Below the pieces are notes generated by a model. The model was not told the origin of the DNA, ran no database searches, and saw nothing but the letters and a program-made list of their open reading frames with translations. Positions 63,166 to 64,000 of a stretch of DNA of 64,000 nt are shown piece after piece; position 1 is the first letter of the stretch, and each line of letters opens with the position of its first letter. Both the position numbers and the translations under genes were made by a program. The DNA comes from an uncultured Ruminococcus sp. (GTDB lineage: Bacteria > Bacillota > Clostridia > UBA1212), in contig CADAZX010000001.1 of the NCBI GenBank assembly GCA_902792515.1, positions 72,441 to 136,440 on the forward strand, given 5' to 3'.

Positions 63166-64000
63166 TCAATAGGATTTCCTGCGGATGAAAACGAACGCAG
63201 CGCTCATAGCGAGAACAACGATAACCGCGAACATCGCAACGGTTGCGTCGCCCGTCGTAGGCTGAGGAACTTCGCCGCCGGGCTCTTCACCGGGAACACC
63301 GATGAACGTGAAGCTGGTGTTGGCACCGCCGTAGTTGGCGTCCATAAGAACGGGCTCCTCACGGTTGAGCAGTTTGACAACCACGACAACGTTCTTCTCA
63401 CCCTTGATGGTCGTAGCGTCGATCTCGATCGCGAATCTGGAGGCAAGAGGTCCGCCGGCGCCGAGCACGCCCGCTTCGGTGGTCGTCTTGAAGTCGCCGT
63501 AAACAGGAGCGGCGTCGCCGATCTTGTAACCGAACGATTCAATCTCGTCAGCAAAGCCTACCCAGCCGCGGATAACCAACTTGGTAACGCTGCCGTCGGA
63601 GCCGTCAACGGTTCTGTCATGTTTGTCGAGCTTGCCGGAAGCACCGCCGTCGCCCTCGCCGAAGTTGATGACGTCGTTAACATAGAACGTGTCGAAAGAG
63701 CTGCCAACAACAGTTGCCGGATCCGGAGTGTCGGTGATCTCGGGCAGAGCGCCGTAGATGGCGTCCTTCTCGAAGGATCTGACGCCGAAGTTGAAGGTCT
63801 GAGTGCCGTCGTCAACGTTGGTCGCGTAAATAGCCTTTTCAGTGTTTCCTTTGACCGGGATTACGAAGTAGCCTCCGTTCTCCTGGCTGAGCAGACGGAT
63901 CGCGAACACGTACTGACCCTTCGGAAGAGCCTCGAATTCCATAGCGTCTCCGCCGGCGTGGTCACCGTCGGGAGAGTATTCCTGTCTTACCAGAGGAGTC
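63166..64000 (-). CDS. Cell-surface protein, third paralogue with a PTTGDAT-TM-RRKSY tail. Its 5' end lies outside the window.
   Basis: The reading frame stays open upstream of the Met at 63942, through to the window edge. The IRGWVGFADEIESFGYKIGD...YGDFK motif and the C-terminal ...PQPTTGDATVAMFAVIVVLAMSAAFVFIRRKSY match the paralogues at 6567 and 8295. Confidence 0.65.
   Translation of the reverse strand, partial: TPLVRQEYSPDGDHAGGDAMEFEALPKGQYVFAIRLLSQENGGYFVIPVKGNTEKAIYATNVDDGTQTFNFGVRSFEKDAIYGALPEITDTPDPATVVGSSFDTFYVNDVINFGEGDGGASGKLDKHDRTVDGSDGSVTKLVIRGWVGFADEIESFGYKIGDAAPVYGDFKTTTEAGVLGAGGPLASRFAIEIDATTIKGEKNVVVVVKLLNREEPVLMDANYGGANTSFTFIGVPGEEPGGEVPQPTTGDATVAMFAVIVVLAMSAAFVFIRRKSY

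Overview
This is a high-GC (~60%), gene-dense chromosomal segment, most likely from an anaerobic Firmicute (Clostridia/Oscillospiraceae-like codon usage, GGAGG-type ribosome-binding sites). Most real genes lie on the minus strand. Nearly all long plus-strand ORFs in the supplied track are antisense shadows of these genes.

Main content:
1. A carbohydrate-utilisation group. It holds two paralogous large glycoside-hydrolase-like proteins and a WbsX-like protein. GH39-like and GH43-like enzymes lie further on.
2. Three paralogous cell-surface proteins that share a non-canonical C-terminal sorting-like tail (xxT[GS]D[AM]T, then a TM helix, then a basic end).
3. A ~16.5-kb glycyl-radical-enzyme bacterial microcompartment (GRM) locus, genes 12251-28571 with its promoter at ~28797-28825. 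It encodes the glycyl radical enzyme with its activase, a class II aldolase, PduP/PduL/PduS homologues and seven shell proteins, plus DeoR and FucO-like genes. This fits a fucose/rhamnose to 1,2-propanediol-type microcompartment (GRM5-like).
4. A family of modular, hairpin-containing intergenic repeats scattered across the window, including inside the GRM operon.
5. Housekeeping genes: priA, an ABC exporter, GNAT, HAD, nitroreductase, an HD hydrolase and a low-molecular-weight protein-tyrosine phosphatase.
6. A 3.4-kb AT-rich island (~38% GC) inserted at the 5' end of the phosphatase gene, with a duplicated 21-30-bp segment.
7. An XRE-HTH::desulfoferrodoxin fusion protein.
8. A second, orphan, unusually short glycyl radical enzyme with its own activase, tightly coupled next to a GH43 gene.

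No rRNA, tRNA or CRISPR array was recognised. All functional calls rest on remembered family motifs, not database searches.
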